Source: Xanthomonas campestris pv. campestris str. ATCC 33913
Lineage (GTDB): Bacteria; Pseudomonadota; Gammaproteobacteria; Xanthomonadales; Xanthomonadaceae
NCBI RefSeq assembly: GCF_000007145.1
Contig: NC_003902.1
Span: forward strand, 120,001 to 152,000
Direction: 5' to 3'
Length of the DNA stretch: 32,000 nucleotides
Position 1 is the first letter of the stretch; each line of letters starts with the position of its first letter. Positions 1 through 10,002 of the stretch are shown here, piece after piece. The notes under the pieces were generated by a model. The model searched no databases. It saw only the letters and a list, made by a program, of their open reading frames with translations, and was not told the origin of the DNA. The position numbers were made by a program, and so were the translations under genes.

Positions 1-1
1 C

Positions 2-1324
2 GTGGCCACGCAGTTCAACACCCGCAAGTCGGTGCGGCAGTCGCAGGCCGGAGCGATTTTCACCCAGCAATTCGATACCCAGACGCTGCGCCTGATGGCC
101 TACGGCGGCCAGCGCAGCGTGGAGCAGTTCCTGGCGATTCCGGTGGCGGTGCAGCGCAATCCGCTGCACTCGGGCGGGGTGATCGACCTGGACAGCAATT
201 ACGAAGGCGCCGACGTGCGCTGGGCCTGGCAAGGCCAGGCGCTGGGGCGGCCGCTGCAGCTCACCGTGGGGGCCAACGTCGACCGCCAGCGCCAGCACCG
301 CACCGGTTACGAAAACTTCGTCGGCACCACGCTCGGGGTGAAGGGCGCGCTGCGCCGCAACCAGCGCGATCAGGTCGAGAACGTGGACCAGTTCGCGCAG
401 GCCTGGTGGCAGTGGAGCAACCGCTGGTCGGCGCTGCTGGGCGTGCGCCACAGCGCGGTGCGCTTCCGTTCGGACGACAACTACATCGTCGGGCGGAACC
501 CGGACGACAGCGGCCAGCGCGATTATTCGGCCACCACGCCGGTGGCCGGCATCGTGTTCCGCGCCAGCGACGATCTGCGGGTGTATGCCTCGGTGGGACG
601 CGGGTTCGAAACGCCCACCTTCAACGAACTGGGCTACCGCAGCGACGGCGGCGCCGGCCTGGCGCTGGACCTGGGCGCGGCGAAAAGCCGCAACGTCGAA
701 GTGGGCACCAAGTGGCGCTCGCAAAGCGGTGCGGCGCTGGAACTGGCGCTGTTCCGCGCCGACACCGACGACGAACTGGCAGTGGCCAGCAACACCAACG
801 GCCGCAGCACCTTCCGCAACATCGGCGCCACCCGGCGCCAGGGCGCGGAGCTGAGCTGGCAGCAGCCAATCGGCCAGACCCAGCAGGTGCAACTGGCCTA
901 CACCTTCGTCGACGCCACCGTGCGCGACGGCTACCTCACCTGCGCCAGTAGCGGCTGCGCCACGCCCACCGCACCGGTGGCCAGCGGCGCGCGGCTGCCA
1001 GGCGTGCCGCGGCAGCAGCTGTTCGCACGCTGGCAATGGCAGCCGTTGCAGTGGCAGTTCGCCGCCGAATCGGTGGTCTCCGATGCCACCGTGGTCAACG
1101 ACCTAGCCACCGAGCGCGCCGCCGGCTACGCGCTGGTGAACCTGGAAGCCTCACGGCGCTGGACCACCGCCCACGGCGCGCTGCGTACCTTCGCCCGCAT
1201 CGACAACGCGCTGGACCGCGCGTATGTAGGCTCGGTGATCGTCAACGACGGCAACGGCCGCTATTACGAACCCGGCCCGGACCGCACTTACACCGTAGGC
1301 CTGCAGTGGGATTTTGGCAGCTGA
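2..1324 (+). CDS. TonB-dependent outer-membrane receptor, C-terminal beta-barrel part (5' end lies outside the window)
   Basis: ORF is open to the window edge with stop TGA at 1322-1324. The sequence is strand-like and rich in G, Y, R, W and N, with motifs such as GVRHSAVRFRSDD, FRNIGATRRQGAEL, NALDRAYVGS and the terminal YTVGLQWDF strand typical of TBDR barrels. Confidence 0.8.
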   Translation: MATQFNTRKSVRQSQAGAIFTQQFDTQTLRLMAYGGQRSVEQFLAIPVAVQRNPLHSGGVIDLDSNYEGADVRWAWQGQALGRPLQLTVGANVDRQRQHRTGYENFVGTTLGVKGALRRNQRDQVENVDQFAQAWWQWSNRWSALLGVRHSAVRFRSDDNYIVGRNPDDSGQRDYSATTPVAGIVFRASDDLRVYASVGRGFETPTFNELGYRSDGGAGLALDLGAAKSRNVEVGTKWRSQSGAALELALFRADTDDELAVASNTNGRSTFRNIGATRRQGAELSWQQPIGQTQQVQLAYTFVDATVRDGYLTCASSGCATPTAPVASGARLPGVPRQQLFARWQWQPLQWQFAAESVVSDATVVNDLATERAAGYALVNLEASRRWTTAHGALRTFARIDNALDRAYVGSVIVNDGNGRYYEPGPDRTYTVGLQWDFGS

Positions 1325-1367
1325 CGGGCGCTCGCCATGAAGCACGCGCCCGACTGCACACTGCCTC

Positions 1368-1390
1368 GTAGGAGCGCGCGCGCGCGCGAT
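1368..1390. repeat. Single REP-like GTAG-headed palindromic unit (gtaggagcgcgcgcgcgcgcgat)
   Basis: Same 23-nt family as the units at 5254 and 10125-11115. It is intergenic, 44 nt after the receptor stop codon. Confidence 0.6.
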
Positions 1391-1596
1391 GGGGCATTCC
1401 CATGACGCCTGGCCACGCGCGCGCTTCTGCTTCATGTGCTAAATGTCTCAAGTGTGTAGAGCGCCGCCTTAGAGCGTCACCGGGCACTTGATTGGCGCGG
1501 CTTGGCACGCATGCAGATGCACCAGACAACACCGCATCGCGCGCAAGCGCGCTCCTCCCCACTGACTGCTATCGCCTGCATACACGAGAGGCCCGC

Positions 1597-1887
1597 ATGA
1601 TCGTCGTAGACCACGCACCGGCCGACTGGTTTCTGCTGCGTGATGCAGATGATGGGTATTGGCTGGACGTGAACTGCAACATGTCTGCAACGGGCTTCTC
1701 GATCTTGCTGGCGTTGGATGCCGGTGAGCGTGACACCGTAGTAGCGCATGGTCACGCCGCTTGCCTGCAGCTTGCAGCGCAGGTACAGCAGTGCCCGCGG
1801 GATTTTGCCGCGCGTGACATCTCCTCGGTGCATGGCGCGCGCGTGACCGCAGCGGTGCACGCCTGGCGTGCGGCAGGTTCGGCATAG
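1597..1887 (+). CDS. Hypothetical protein, 96 aa
   Basis: ATG at 1597 lies about 8 nt after GAGAG. Product is MIVVDHAPADWFLLRDADDGYWLDVNCNMSATGFSILLALDAGE..., which looks like a globular protein. The upstream 35 codons of the track ORF lack an RBS and look non-coding. No family recognised. Confidence 0.5.
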   Translation: MIVVDHAPADWFLLRDADDGYWLDVNCNMSATGFSILLALDAGERDTVVAHGHAACLQLAAQVQQCPRDFAARDISSVHGARVTAAVHAWRAAGSA

Positions 1888-2254
1888 TCACGGCTGTCGG
1901 CAGGCAGGGCGCATGCACTACAGTCCACCGCACGCGTTCCGCGCGCGGCGCGGCAACGCGGTTACCGCGCAACTGTTCGGCGCACAAAACGTGCGTTGCG
2001 GTGAGAGAACGTCTTCGGCACGCAGGTCACACCGTCCCGCAAGAGGGTGTTCATGGTCCCGGGCGTGGGCATGCCGTATGCGATGGCTGAGCAAGATGAC
2101 GGCATGTTGCTGGTCGAGCCACGTGAGCAGCTCGCGACATGGGTGAGCTCCACACCACCGGCAATGGCATCTGGATCTGTGGAGCGATAACGCCATAGTG
2201 CCCGCCGGAATCGTGATGCTAAGCTGCGGCCAAGCACACCGCACGGAGCATGTG

Positions 2255-2728
2255 ATGCGTTCGATGATCTTGGTTTTCTTTGCAGCCCTGTGTGCCACCG
2301 GCGCGCAAGCGGTTGCAGCTGCACCTGCCACTGAACAGGCGCAACTGCGGGTGATCCGCACGTTTCCCGCCGATAGCCCGGCCGTGTCGCAGGTGCATCG
2401 CTGGTTGCTTGAGCAGCCTGCAAAGATGCGGCCACCAGCGACGGCCGCCGCGTTGGGCCAGGTGCGCACCAGCTACGTCATGCACGCGTCCGACCCTGCA
2501 CGCCGGGCACTGCTGACCAGGACCGATGTGGCATTCCCGGAGCGGGGGCAGACGGGCGATGCAGTGAGTATCGACAGTTGTGCCGGCGACACACGCCTGC
2601 ACTGGACCTATCGCTGGGACGCAACGTCAGCGCAGGCCGGCTGGCAGCTGCAGGCCTCGGAACTGGAGCGCGTGCCGGACTGCACGGCCGCGATGGCTGC
2701 ACTGCCTGGCGCCGCATCGCAGGGTTGA
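2255..2728 (+). CDS. Secreted hypothetical protein, 157 aa, with Sec signal peptide
   Basis: ATG at 2255 with GGAG at 2245-2248. The N-terminus MRSMILVFFAALCATGAQAVAAAP is a classical signal peptide (AVA-A). No family recognised. Confidence 0.6.
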   Translation: MRSMILVFFAALCATGAQAVAAAPATEQAQLRVIRTFPADSPAVSQVHRWLLEQPAKMRPPATAAALGQVRTSYVMHASDPARRALLTRTDVAFPERGQTGDAVSIDSCAGDTRLHWTYRWDATSAQAGWQLQASELERVPDCTAAMAALPGAASQG

Positions 2729-2761
2729 GTCGCGCATGAGCCAGACACGCCCGCGCACGCA

Positions 2762-2782
2762 CCGGCGTGGATTTCACGCCGG
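2762..2782 (+). terminator. Candidate stem-loop terminator (ccggcgtg-gattt-cacgccgg)
   Basis: Perfect 8-bp GC-rich stem with a 5-nt loop, 34 nt after the stop at 2728. No U-tract follows. Confidence 0.4.
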
Positions 2783-2954
2783 CTGAAGATTGCACGGGGG
2801 CGTTCGGCAATGACGCGCTGCAGCGCAATTGCAGCTCGATGCGCACTACGACAACTGCGCAGCGATGACGCAATGCAACAGCGTCGCGCGCACCATTGCG
2901 TGCAAATGGCGCTTGGGTATACACGTGCGGATTCGCCGCCTGCAGGAGACTCCG

Positions 2955-4484
<1,530 letters not shown>

Positions 4485-4648
4485 TGCAAGGCGAGCGGCA
4501 TGTGGTAGGTCCATCCTGCCGCATGCCGCGGTGCGCTTGCCGCGAAGGGCATTGATGCAGACAAACGCCTTCACGGCGACGCGTCAGCAAGTTCGAGCAG
4601 ACTGCTTGCCAGTGTGCAGAGCTGCTGAGCGAGCAACGGAGAGAGATA

Positions 4649-5041
4649 GTGCACAACACAACCGAGGTCACGTTACCGCTGCAGGTCATGGCGACCCTAC
4701 CCGCACTGCAGCTAATCGACACCTTGCGTGCGCGTCACGGTGACGTGCTGTTCCATCAATCTGGCGGCTGCTGCGATGGGTCGTCGCCGATGTGCTTCCC
4801 GGTGGGCGACTTCATTGTGGGCGACCGTGATGTGCTGCTTGGCGAGATCGGTGGTGCGCCGTTTTATATCAGCGCGCCGCAGTTCGAATACTGGAAGCAC
4901 ACGCAGCTGATCATCGATGTGGTGCCCGGGCGCGGCGGGATGTTTTCGCTGGAAAACGGCGAGGGCGTGCGTTTTTTGGTGCGCTCGCGCCTGTTTAGCG
5001 ACGACGAATTCGCGCAGCTGCAGCTGGCCAAGCGGGTGTAA
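4649..5041 (+). CDS. DUF779 family protein, 130 aa
   Basis: GTG at 4649 follows GGAGAGAG (4638-4645); an alternative ATG is at 4688. Motifs LFHQSGGCCDGSSPMCF and FYISAPQFEYWKHTQLIIDVVPGRGGMFSLE match what I recall of DUF779, which typically sits directly downstream of aldB/exaC-type aldehyde dehydrogenase genes. Confidence 0.85.
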   Translation: MHNTTEVTLPLQVMATLPALQLIDTLRARHGDVLFHQSGGCCDGSSPMCFPVGDFIVGDRDVLLGEIGGAPFYISAPQFEYWKHTQLIIDVVPGRGGMFSLENGEGVRFLVRSRLFSDDEFAQLQLAKRV

Positions 5042-5253
5042 CCCTGCGCGGGGGTTGGCAGACGTGTAACGACCTCGCTTGTTGGCTGAATACCAAACAG
5101 CGCGCAGGGCCAAGATCAACCGCGCGCCCGGATCACTCGCCACAGTTTTCCGAGAAATTCCCAAGGCACAGCGCATCCAGTTCTGAATGCGCTAAAAGCC
5201 TCAAACACCTAGCGCTCGCGCTCACGACACCTTGGCGCAATTACCACGCCCTG

Positions 5254-5276
5254 GTAGGAGCGCGCTTGCGCGCGAT
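5254..5276. repeat. Single REP-like GTAG-headed palindromic unit (gtaggagcgcgcttgcgcgcgat)
   Basis: Identical to the consensus arm of the array at 10125-11115. Intergenic. Confidence 0.6.
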
Positions 5277-5340
5277 GAAGCCTTCCCGCCGCAGCCTCCC
5301 GGCGCCTGCAACATGCCGCATGCAGTCCAACGCGCGCCGC

Positions 5341-5502
5341 TTACGGCGCAGTGCCGGGCGTCTTGGCGGGCGTATCGTCGTCGGCGGGAATGACGGTCTC
5401 GGGGGCATCGCCAGCGCCACGGTCTTCGTAATGTTCGGCGTCACGCTTGCCGTGCTGTTCGCCGGGGTGCGTTGGTTGTTCGCGCAGGGGGTCACGGGAC
5501 AT
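5341..5502 (-). CDS. Small hydrophilic acidic protein, 53 aa (candidate)
   Basis: ATG at 5502 with GGAG 7 nt upstream (ctGGAGacctaccATG). Product is MSRDPLREQPTHPGEQHGKRDAEHYEDRGAGDAPETVIPADDDTPAKTPGTAP. Third-position G/C is high by eye, as in real genes here. Stop TAA at 5341-5343. Confidence 0.45.
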   Translation of the reverse strand: MSRDPLREQPTHPGEQHGKRDAEHYEDRGAGDAPETVIPADDDTPAKTPGTAP

Positions 5503-5653
5503 GGTAGGTCTCCAGCAGATGTCGGGTACGCAGTTCACCGCCTCGGCGGTGAAGGCGACGCAAATCGCAGTTTGCAAGCGAATTTCTCACGCATGGCTCA
5601 CGGCGCCCGCGTTACTGCTGTGCTCCCCCAAACGCCAGCACGTGGAGTCCGCC

Positions 5654-6049
5654 ATGCGCCCCCTGGACCGTCGCCCCGATCGTCGCCTGTTCAGCGCGCA
5701 CGCTGCGCCGGCACCAACCGAGCGCAAGTGCCGTACGCCGCAGAGCGATGCGGTAGGTGTTGCGCAGGATTTCCACTGTTACAGCGTGGCCGATTTCCAG
5801 CGCCGTCGCCGGCGCGGCGGGCCCACCTGGCGCGATCTCTCTCCTGCGTATGCATTCGCCCGCGTCACCCACGCTGCCGACTGGCCACGCGGTGCAGATC
5901 TGCAATGCGAGCAGGCACTGGCCGCACAGTGGGAAAGCATGCGTGGCGATTCGCGGTTGGACTGGCCGCATGCCCGCGATGTGGTCGAGGACGCTTGGCT
6001 GGCGCTGGACCATATTCCCGATGCGGCCGTGCACGGAGTGGCGCACTGA
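5654..6049 (+). CDS. Candidate 131-aa ORF translationally coupled to ku
   Basis: ATG at 5654 lies 6 nt after GGAG (5644-5647). Stop TGA 6047-6049 shares one nucleotide with the ku ATG (TGATG). The C-terminal half (QWESMRGDSRLDWPHARDVVEDAWLALDHIPDAAV) looks protein-like and the N-terminal half is Arg-rich. No family recognised, and it could be a high-GC artefact. Confidence 0.35.
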   Translation: MRPLDRRPDRRLFSAHAAPAPTERKCRTPQSDAVGVAQDFHCYSVADFQRRRRRGGPTWRDLSPAYAFARVTHAADWPRGADLQCEQALAAQWESMRGDSRLDWPHARDVVEDAWLALDHIPDAAVHGVAH

Positions 6050-6990
6050 TGGCACGACCGATCTGGACCGGAACGCTGTCGTTTGGCCTGCTCAACGTGC
6101 CGGTGTCGCTGATGTCGGGCGAGCGCAAGGTGGACCTGCATTTCCGCATGCTCGATTCGCGCGACAAGAAGCCCATCCGCTTCGAGCGCGTCAACGCCGA
6201 CACCGGCGACGAAGTGCCGTGGAAGGAGATCGTCAAGGCCTTCGAGTACGACAAGGGCAGCTATGTGATCGTCGAGGAGCAGGACATCCGCTCCGCAGCG
6301 CCGGAAAGTCACGAGACGGTGGAAGTCGAGACCTTTGTCGATGCCGCCGACATCGACCCGCGCTACTTCGAAAAGCCCTACATCCTGGTGCCCGGCAAGA
6401 AGGCCGAAAAAGGCTATGTGCTGCTGCGCGAGACCATGCGCGATACCGGCAAGGTGGGCATTGCCAAGGTGGTGATCCGCACCCGCGAATACCTGGCCGC
6501 CGTGATGCCGCAGGGCGATGCGTTGATCCTGCTGCTGCTGCGCTATCAGCAGGAAGTGGTGGACCCGGAAGATTTCAAGCTGCCGTCCGGGGCGGTGAGC
6601 GAGTACCGCATCACCGCCAAGGAGCAGGAGATGGCCAAGCAGCTGATCGAGTCGATGTCCGGCAGGTGGCAGCCGGAGGATTACCACGACGAGTTTCGCG
6701 GCAAGCTCGAGCAGATCCTGCGCAAGCGCATCCAGGCCAAGGGCGGCACCACGCAGGTGGACGACGAACCGGCCCCGCACGAAGACGCCACCACCAACGT
6801 GGTGGACTTCATGTCGTTGTTGCAAAAGAGCCTGCAAGCCAACACGCGTACCCCGGCAAAGAAAACCACGGCCGCGGCTGACACGGCGCCGGCCAAGAAA
6901 ACCGCCACCAAGAAGGCGGCAAAGAAAGCGACCAAGAAAACCGCCACGAAAGCCACCAAGAAGGCGGCGCCGCGGCGCAAGGCCGGGTAA
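6049..6990 (+). CDS. ku: Non-homologous end-joining protein Ku, 313 aa, with Lys/Ala/Thr-rich C-terminal tail
   Basis: ATG at 6049 with GGAG at 6035-6038. The N-terminus MARPIWTGTLSFGLLNVPVSLMSGERKVDLHFRMLD and FEKPYILVPGKKAEKGYVLLRE are bacterial Ku hallmarks. The 5' part of the 574-aa track ORF is not Ku-like. Confidence 0.95.
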   Translation: MARPIWTGTLSFGLLNVPVSLMSGERKVDLHFRMLDSRDKKPIRFERVNADTGDEVPWKEIVKAFEYDKGSYVIVEEQDIRSAAPESHETVEVETFVDAADIDPRYFEKPYILVPGKKAEKGYVLLRETMRDTGKVGIAKVVIRTREYLAAVMPQGDALILLLLRYQQEVVDPEDFKLPSGAVSEYRITAKEQEMAKQLIESMSGRWQPEDYHDEFRGKLEQILRKRIQAKGGTTQVDDEPAPHEDATTNVVDFMSLLQKSLQANTRTPAKKTTAAADTAPAKKTATKKAAKKATKKTATKATKKAAPRRKAG

Positions 6991-6996
6991 GCGCCG

Positions 6997-9900
6997 ATGT
7001 CGTTGCGCGACTACACTCGCAAGCGCCGCTTCGACCAGACCCCGGAGCCGGCCGAGGACGCCGCGGCGACAGCGCATCGGCAGCCGATCTTCGTGGTGCA
7101 ACTGCATCACGCCAGCTCGCGCCATTACGATTTTCGCCTGGAAGCCGATGGCGTGCTCAAGAGTTGGGCGGTGCCCAAGGGCCCGTCGCTGCGTGCTGGC
7201 GAAAAACGCCTGGCGGTGCAGGTGGAGGATCACCCGCTTGCGTACGCGGGCTTCGAAGGCGACATCCCGCAAGGGCAGTACGGGGCGGGGCACGTGCAGG
7301 TATTCGACCACGGCACCTGGCACTGCGATGGCGACGCGTTGGCGGCGCTGGATGCCGGCAAGCTGGACTTTGACCTGCAGGGCGACAAGCTGCGCGGTGG
7401 CTTTGCACTGGTACGCACACGCTTGCGTGGACGCCAGCCGCAGTGGTTATTGATCAAGCGCGACGATGCCCATGCCGCCGATCTGGACGCCGATGCGTTG
7501 GTAGCCGATTCCGATGCCACAGCGCAGGCGATTGAGACTCCATCGGCTGCAGCCGCACCGGCGCGCCGTGCCAAGGCCAGCCGTCGTCGACGCACGCCGG
7601 CCGAGGCGTTGGTGACAGAAAAATCCGCATCCGCCAGCCGCCCGCGTGCTTCCGCAGCCACACAGGCCCACTGGCGCACGCGCGCACTGGCCTTGCCGGG
7701 CGCGCGCGATGCGGCCTGCCCTACCGGCTTGCGCGCGCAGCTGACGTTGCTGCGCGCTGAGGCGCCGGATGGTGCGCAGTGGCCGCACGAGATCAAGTGG
7801 GACGGCTACCGGTTGTTGACCGATCTGGTCGATGGCCGGGCGCAACTGCGCTCGCGCAACGATCAGGCCTGGACGGACAGCTTTCCGGAAGTTGCCACGG
7901 CCGTGCAGGCGTTGCCGGTGCGCGATGCGCGCCTGGATGGCGAACTGGTGGTACTCGATGCGCAAGGCCGCAGCGATTTCTCCGCGCTGCAACGTGCCAT
8001 CGACGGCACTGCGCGCCAGCCGTTGCGCTACCTGGTGTTCGATCTGCTCGGCGTTGCTGGCGTGGATCTGCGCGCCACCCCACTGCTGGAGCGCAAGCAG
8101 TTGTTGCGTGCGTTGCTCGGCGAAACGCCGGGCACGCTGGCCTATAGCGCGCATGTAATCGGCCGCGGACCGGAGGTGTTTGCCGCCAGTGCCGACAAAG
8201 GCTGGGAAGGCATCGTCAGCAAACGCGCGGACGCGCCGTACCGTGGCGGGCGCAGCGCCGATTGGGTCAAGACCAAGCACGAAGACAGCGACGAGTTCGT
8301 GGTGGTGGGCTACACCGACCCCAAGGGCGCGCGCAGCGGCTTTGGCGCCCTGTTGCTGGCACAGCTCGACGGCACGCAGCTGCGCTACGTGGGCCGGGTT
8401 GGGACCGGTTTCGATAGTGCGCTGCTCGGCGAGATCACCGCGCAATTGCAGGCATTGCACAGCCCGCAGCCCACGCTGGAATTACCCGCGCACATACCCA
8501 GCCGGCCGCGCGATGTGCACTGGGTGCGCCCGGTGTTGATCGCCGAGGTGGCGTTCCGTGGCTGGGCCAAGCAGGGCCTGCTGCGGCAGGCGGCCTTCAA
8601 GCGTTTACGCGAGGACAAACCAATGAGCGATCTGGGCGGCGACCGCGCCACACCGGGCAAGTCGCGGGGAGCACGCACGCGGACGGCTGCAGCTGCTGCG
8701 GGCAAGGCATCACGTGCTGCAGCGACGCGCACTGCGGCGGTATCGGCTGGCGGTTCGGCTGCGAAGCCGGGCAAGGCGGGCAAGTCGTCCACTGCAGCGG
8801 ATGTCAGCACACCGTCGCGTGTCGCCAAACAACGTGTGACACCGGCCGCCAGTTCCGCTGCCAAGCCAGGAAAGCCGGGCAAGTCGTCCGCAGCGGCCAC
8901 GGGCACTGCCTCGCCGCGTGCGGCCAAACGAGGTGCGGTGTCTACCGCCAGCGCATCGTCTACTCCGAAGTCGGGCAAGCGCAGCGTTTCCAGCGGGTCC
9001 GCAGCGTCCGGCAAGCCGGCCGCGCCGAGCAAGGCCGCATCGTCCAAAACGGCACGCACACCAGCTACGTCATCGGCAAGGAAAACCTCGACAGCAACGG
9101 CAGCGTCATCCATACGGAAAGCGAGGGCATCGGCCTCCAACGCGCCAGACGGCGTTGCCATTACCCATCCTGAGCGCGTGGTGTTCCCTGCCGCCGGCAT
9201 CAGCAAGGGCGATGTGGCCGCGTATTACCGCGCGGTGGCACCGCTGGTGTTGCCGGAGATCGCGCGCCGGCCGTTGTCGTTGTTGCGCTGCCCCGATGGC
9301 GCTGCAGGTGCGTGCTTTTTCCAGAAGCACGAAGGCCGCCATCTTGGCGCGCACATCAAGGCGATCCCGCTGAAGCAGAAGAGCGGCACCGAAGATTATC
9401 TGTACATCGAGGATGTGGCCGGGCTGCTGGAATTGGTGCAGATGAACACCCTGGAGCTGCATCCCTGGGGCGCGCGGGTGGATGACCCCGAGCACCCCGA
9501 CCGGCTGGTGTTCGACCTGGATCCGGGCGAAGGCGTGGCCTGGACGCAGGTGGTAGCCGCCGCACGCGAGATCCGCAGCAAGTTGCGTGCGGCCGGGCTC
9601 GAAAGCGCCGTGCGCCTGTCGGGTGGCAAGGGACTGCACGTGGTGGTGCCGATCGTGCCGCAGGCCAGCTGGGACCAGGCACGCGATTTCTGCGAAGCCT
9701 TCGCACAGGCCTTGGCCACTCAGGCCCCGGAGCGCTATGTGGCCACCATGAGCAAGGCCAAGCGTCACGGCGTGATCTTTGTCGACTGGCTGCGCAACGG
9801 GCGCGGCAATACCAGCGTGTGCTCGTGGTCGCTACGCGCGCGCGAGCACGCCACCGTGGCGGTGCCGCTACGCTGGGAAGAACTGGGCAAACTCAGCGGC

Positions 9901-10002
9901 CCGGATGCATTCCCGCTGGACAAGGCCGTGCAGCGCGCAAAGCGTCAGCGCAATGATCCCTGGGCGGATGTGCTGGCGTTGAAGCAGGTGTTGCCTGGCT
10001 AG
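6997..10002 (+). CDS. ligD: ATP-dependent DNA ligase D (LigD), 1001 aa, domain order phosphoesterase - ligase - polymerase/primase
   Basis: Starts 6 nt after the ku stop. PE domain: FVVQLHHASSRHYDFRLE..LKSWAVPKGPS..HPLAYAGFEG.IP.GQYGAG. Ligase adenylation motif EIKWDGYR (Lys267, nt 7795-7797) and WEGIVSKR..APY..GRS.DWVKTK. Pol domain: ITHPERVVFP..ISKGDVAAYY, LELHPW, LVFDLDPG, SGGKGLHVVVP, DWLRNGRGNTSV. A long low-complexity linker lies at aa 541-718. Confidence 0.95.
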   Translation: MSLRDYTRKRRFDQTPEPAEDAAATAHRQPIFVVQLHHASSRHYDFRLEADGVLKSWAVPKGPSLRAGEKRLAVQVEDHPLAYAGFEGDIPQGQYGAGHVQVFDHGTWHCDGDALAALDAGKLDFDLQGDKLRGGFALVRTRLRGRQPQWLLIKRDDAHAADLDADALVADSDATAQAIETPSAAAAPARRAKASRRRRTPAEALVTEKSASASRPRASAATQAHWRTRALALPGARDAACPTGLRAQLTLLRAEAPDGAQWPHEIKWDGYRLLTDLVDGRAQLRSRNDQAWTDSFPEVATAVQALPVRDARLDGELVVLDAQGRSDFSALQRAIDGTARQPLRYLVFDLLGVAGVDLRATPLLERKQLLRALLGETPGTLAYSAHVIGRGPEVFAASADKGWEGIVSKRADAPYRGGRSADWVKTKHEDSDEFVVVGYTDPKGARSGFGALLLAQLDGTQLRYVGRVGTGFDSALLGEITAQLQALHSPQPTLELPAHIPSRPRDVHWVRPVLIAEVAFRGWAKQGLLRQAAFKRLREDKPMSDLGGDRATPGKSRGARTRTAAAAAGKASRAAATRTAAVSAGGSAAKPGKAGKSSTAADVSTPSRVAKQRVTPAASSAAKPGKPGKSSAAATGTASPRAAKRGAVSTASASSTPKSGKRSVSSGSAASGKPAAPSKAASSKTARTPATSSARKTSTATAASSIRKARASASNAPDGVAITHPERVVFPAAGISKGDVAAYYRAVAPLVLPEIARRPLSLLRCPDGAAGACFFQKHEGRHLGAHIKAIPLKQKSGTEDYLYIEDVAGLLELVQMNTLELHPWGARVDDPEHPDRLVFDLDPGEGVAWTQVVAAAREIRSKLRAAGLESAVRLSGGKGLHVVVPIVPQASWDQARDFCEAFAQALATQAPERYVATMSKAKRHGVIFVDWLRNGRGNTSVCSWSLRAREHATVAVPLRWEELGKLSGPDAFPLDKAVQRAKRQRNDPWADVLALKQVLPG

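Noticed and set aside
1469-2469. Minus-strand ORFs 1469..1987, 1477..1860, 1918..2469 and 1962..2435
   Set aside because: They are overlapping Arg/Cys/Ala/His-rich frames opposite or between better-supported plus-strand genes, with no RBS or motifs.
2829-2954. N-terminal extensions of track ORFs (aldB from 2829, ku from 5266, kinase from 13357, STAND gene from 22644, first receptor from 27240, hypothetical gene from 15609..17084)
   Set aside because: Internal starts with proper Shine-Dalgarno spacing coincide with the conserved N-termini of the respective families or with signal peptides. The extensions are compositionally non-coding.
5779-7323. 514-aa minus-strand ORF across ku and the ligD 5' end, plus other overlapping ORFs in 5266-10002 (for example 5757..6881, 7447..8460, 8385..9206, 9106..9768)
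   Set aside because: They are alternate or antisense frames of the clearly identified ku and ligD genes, with no motifs and Arg/Ala/Gly-rich products.
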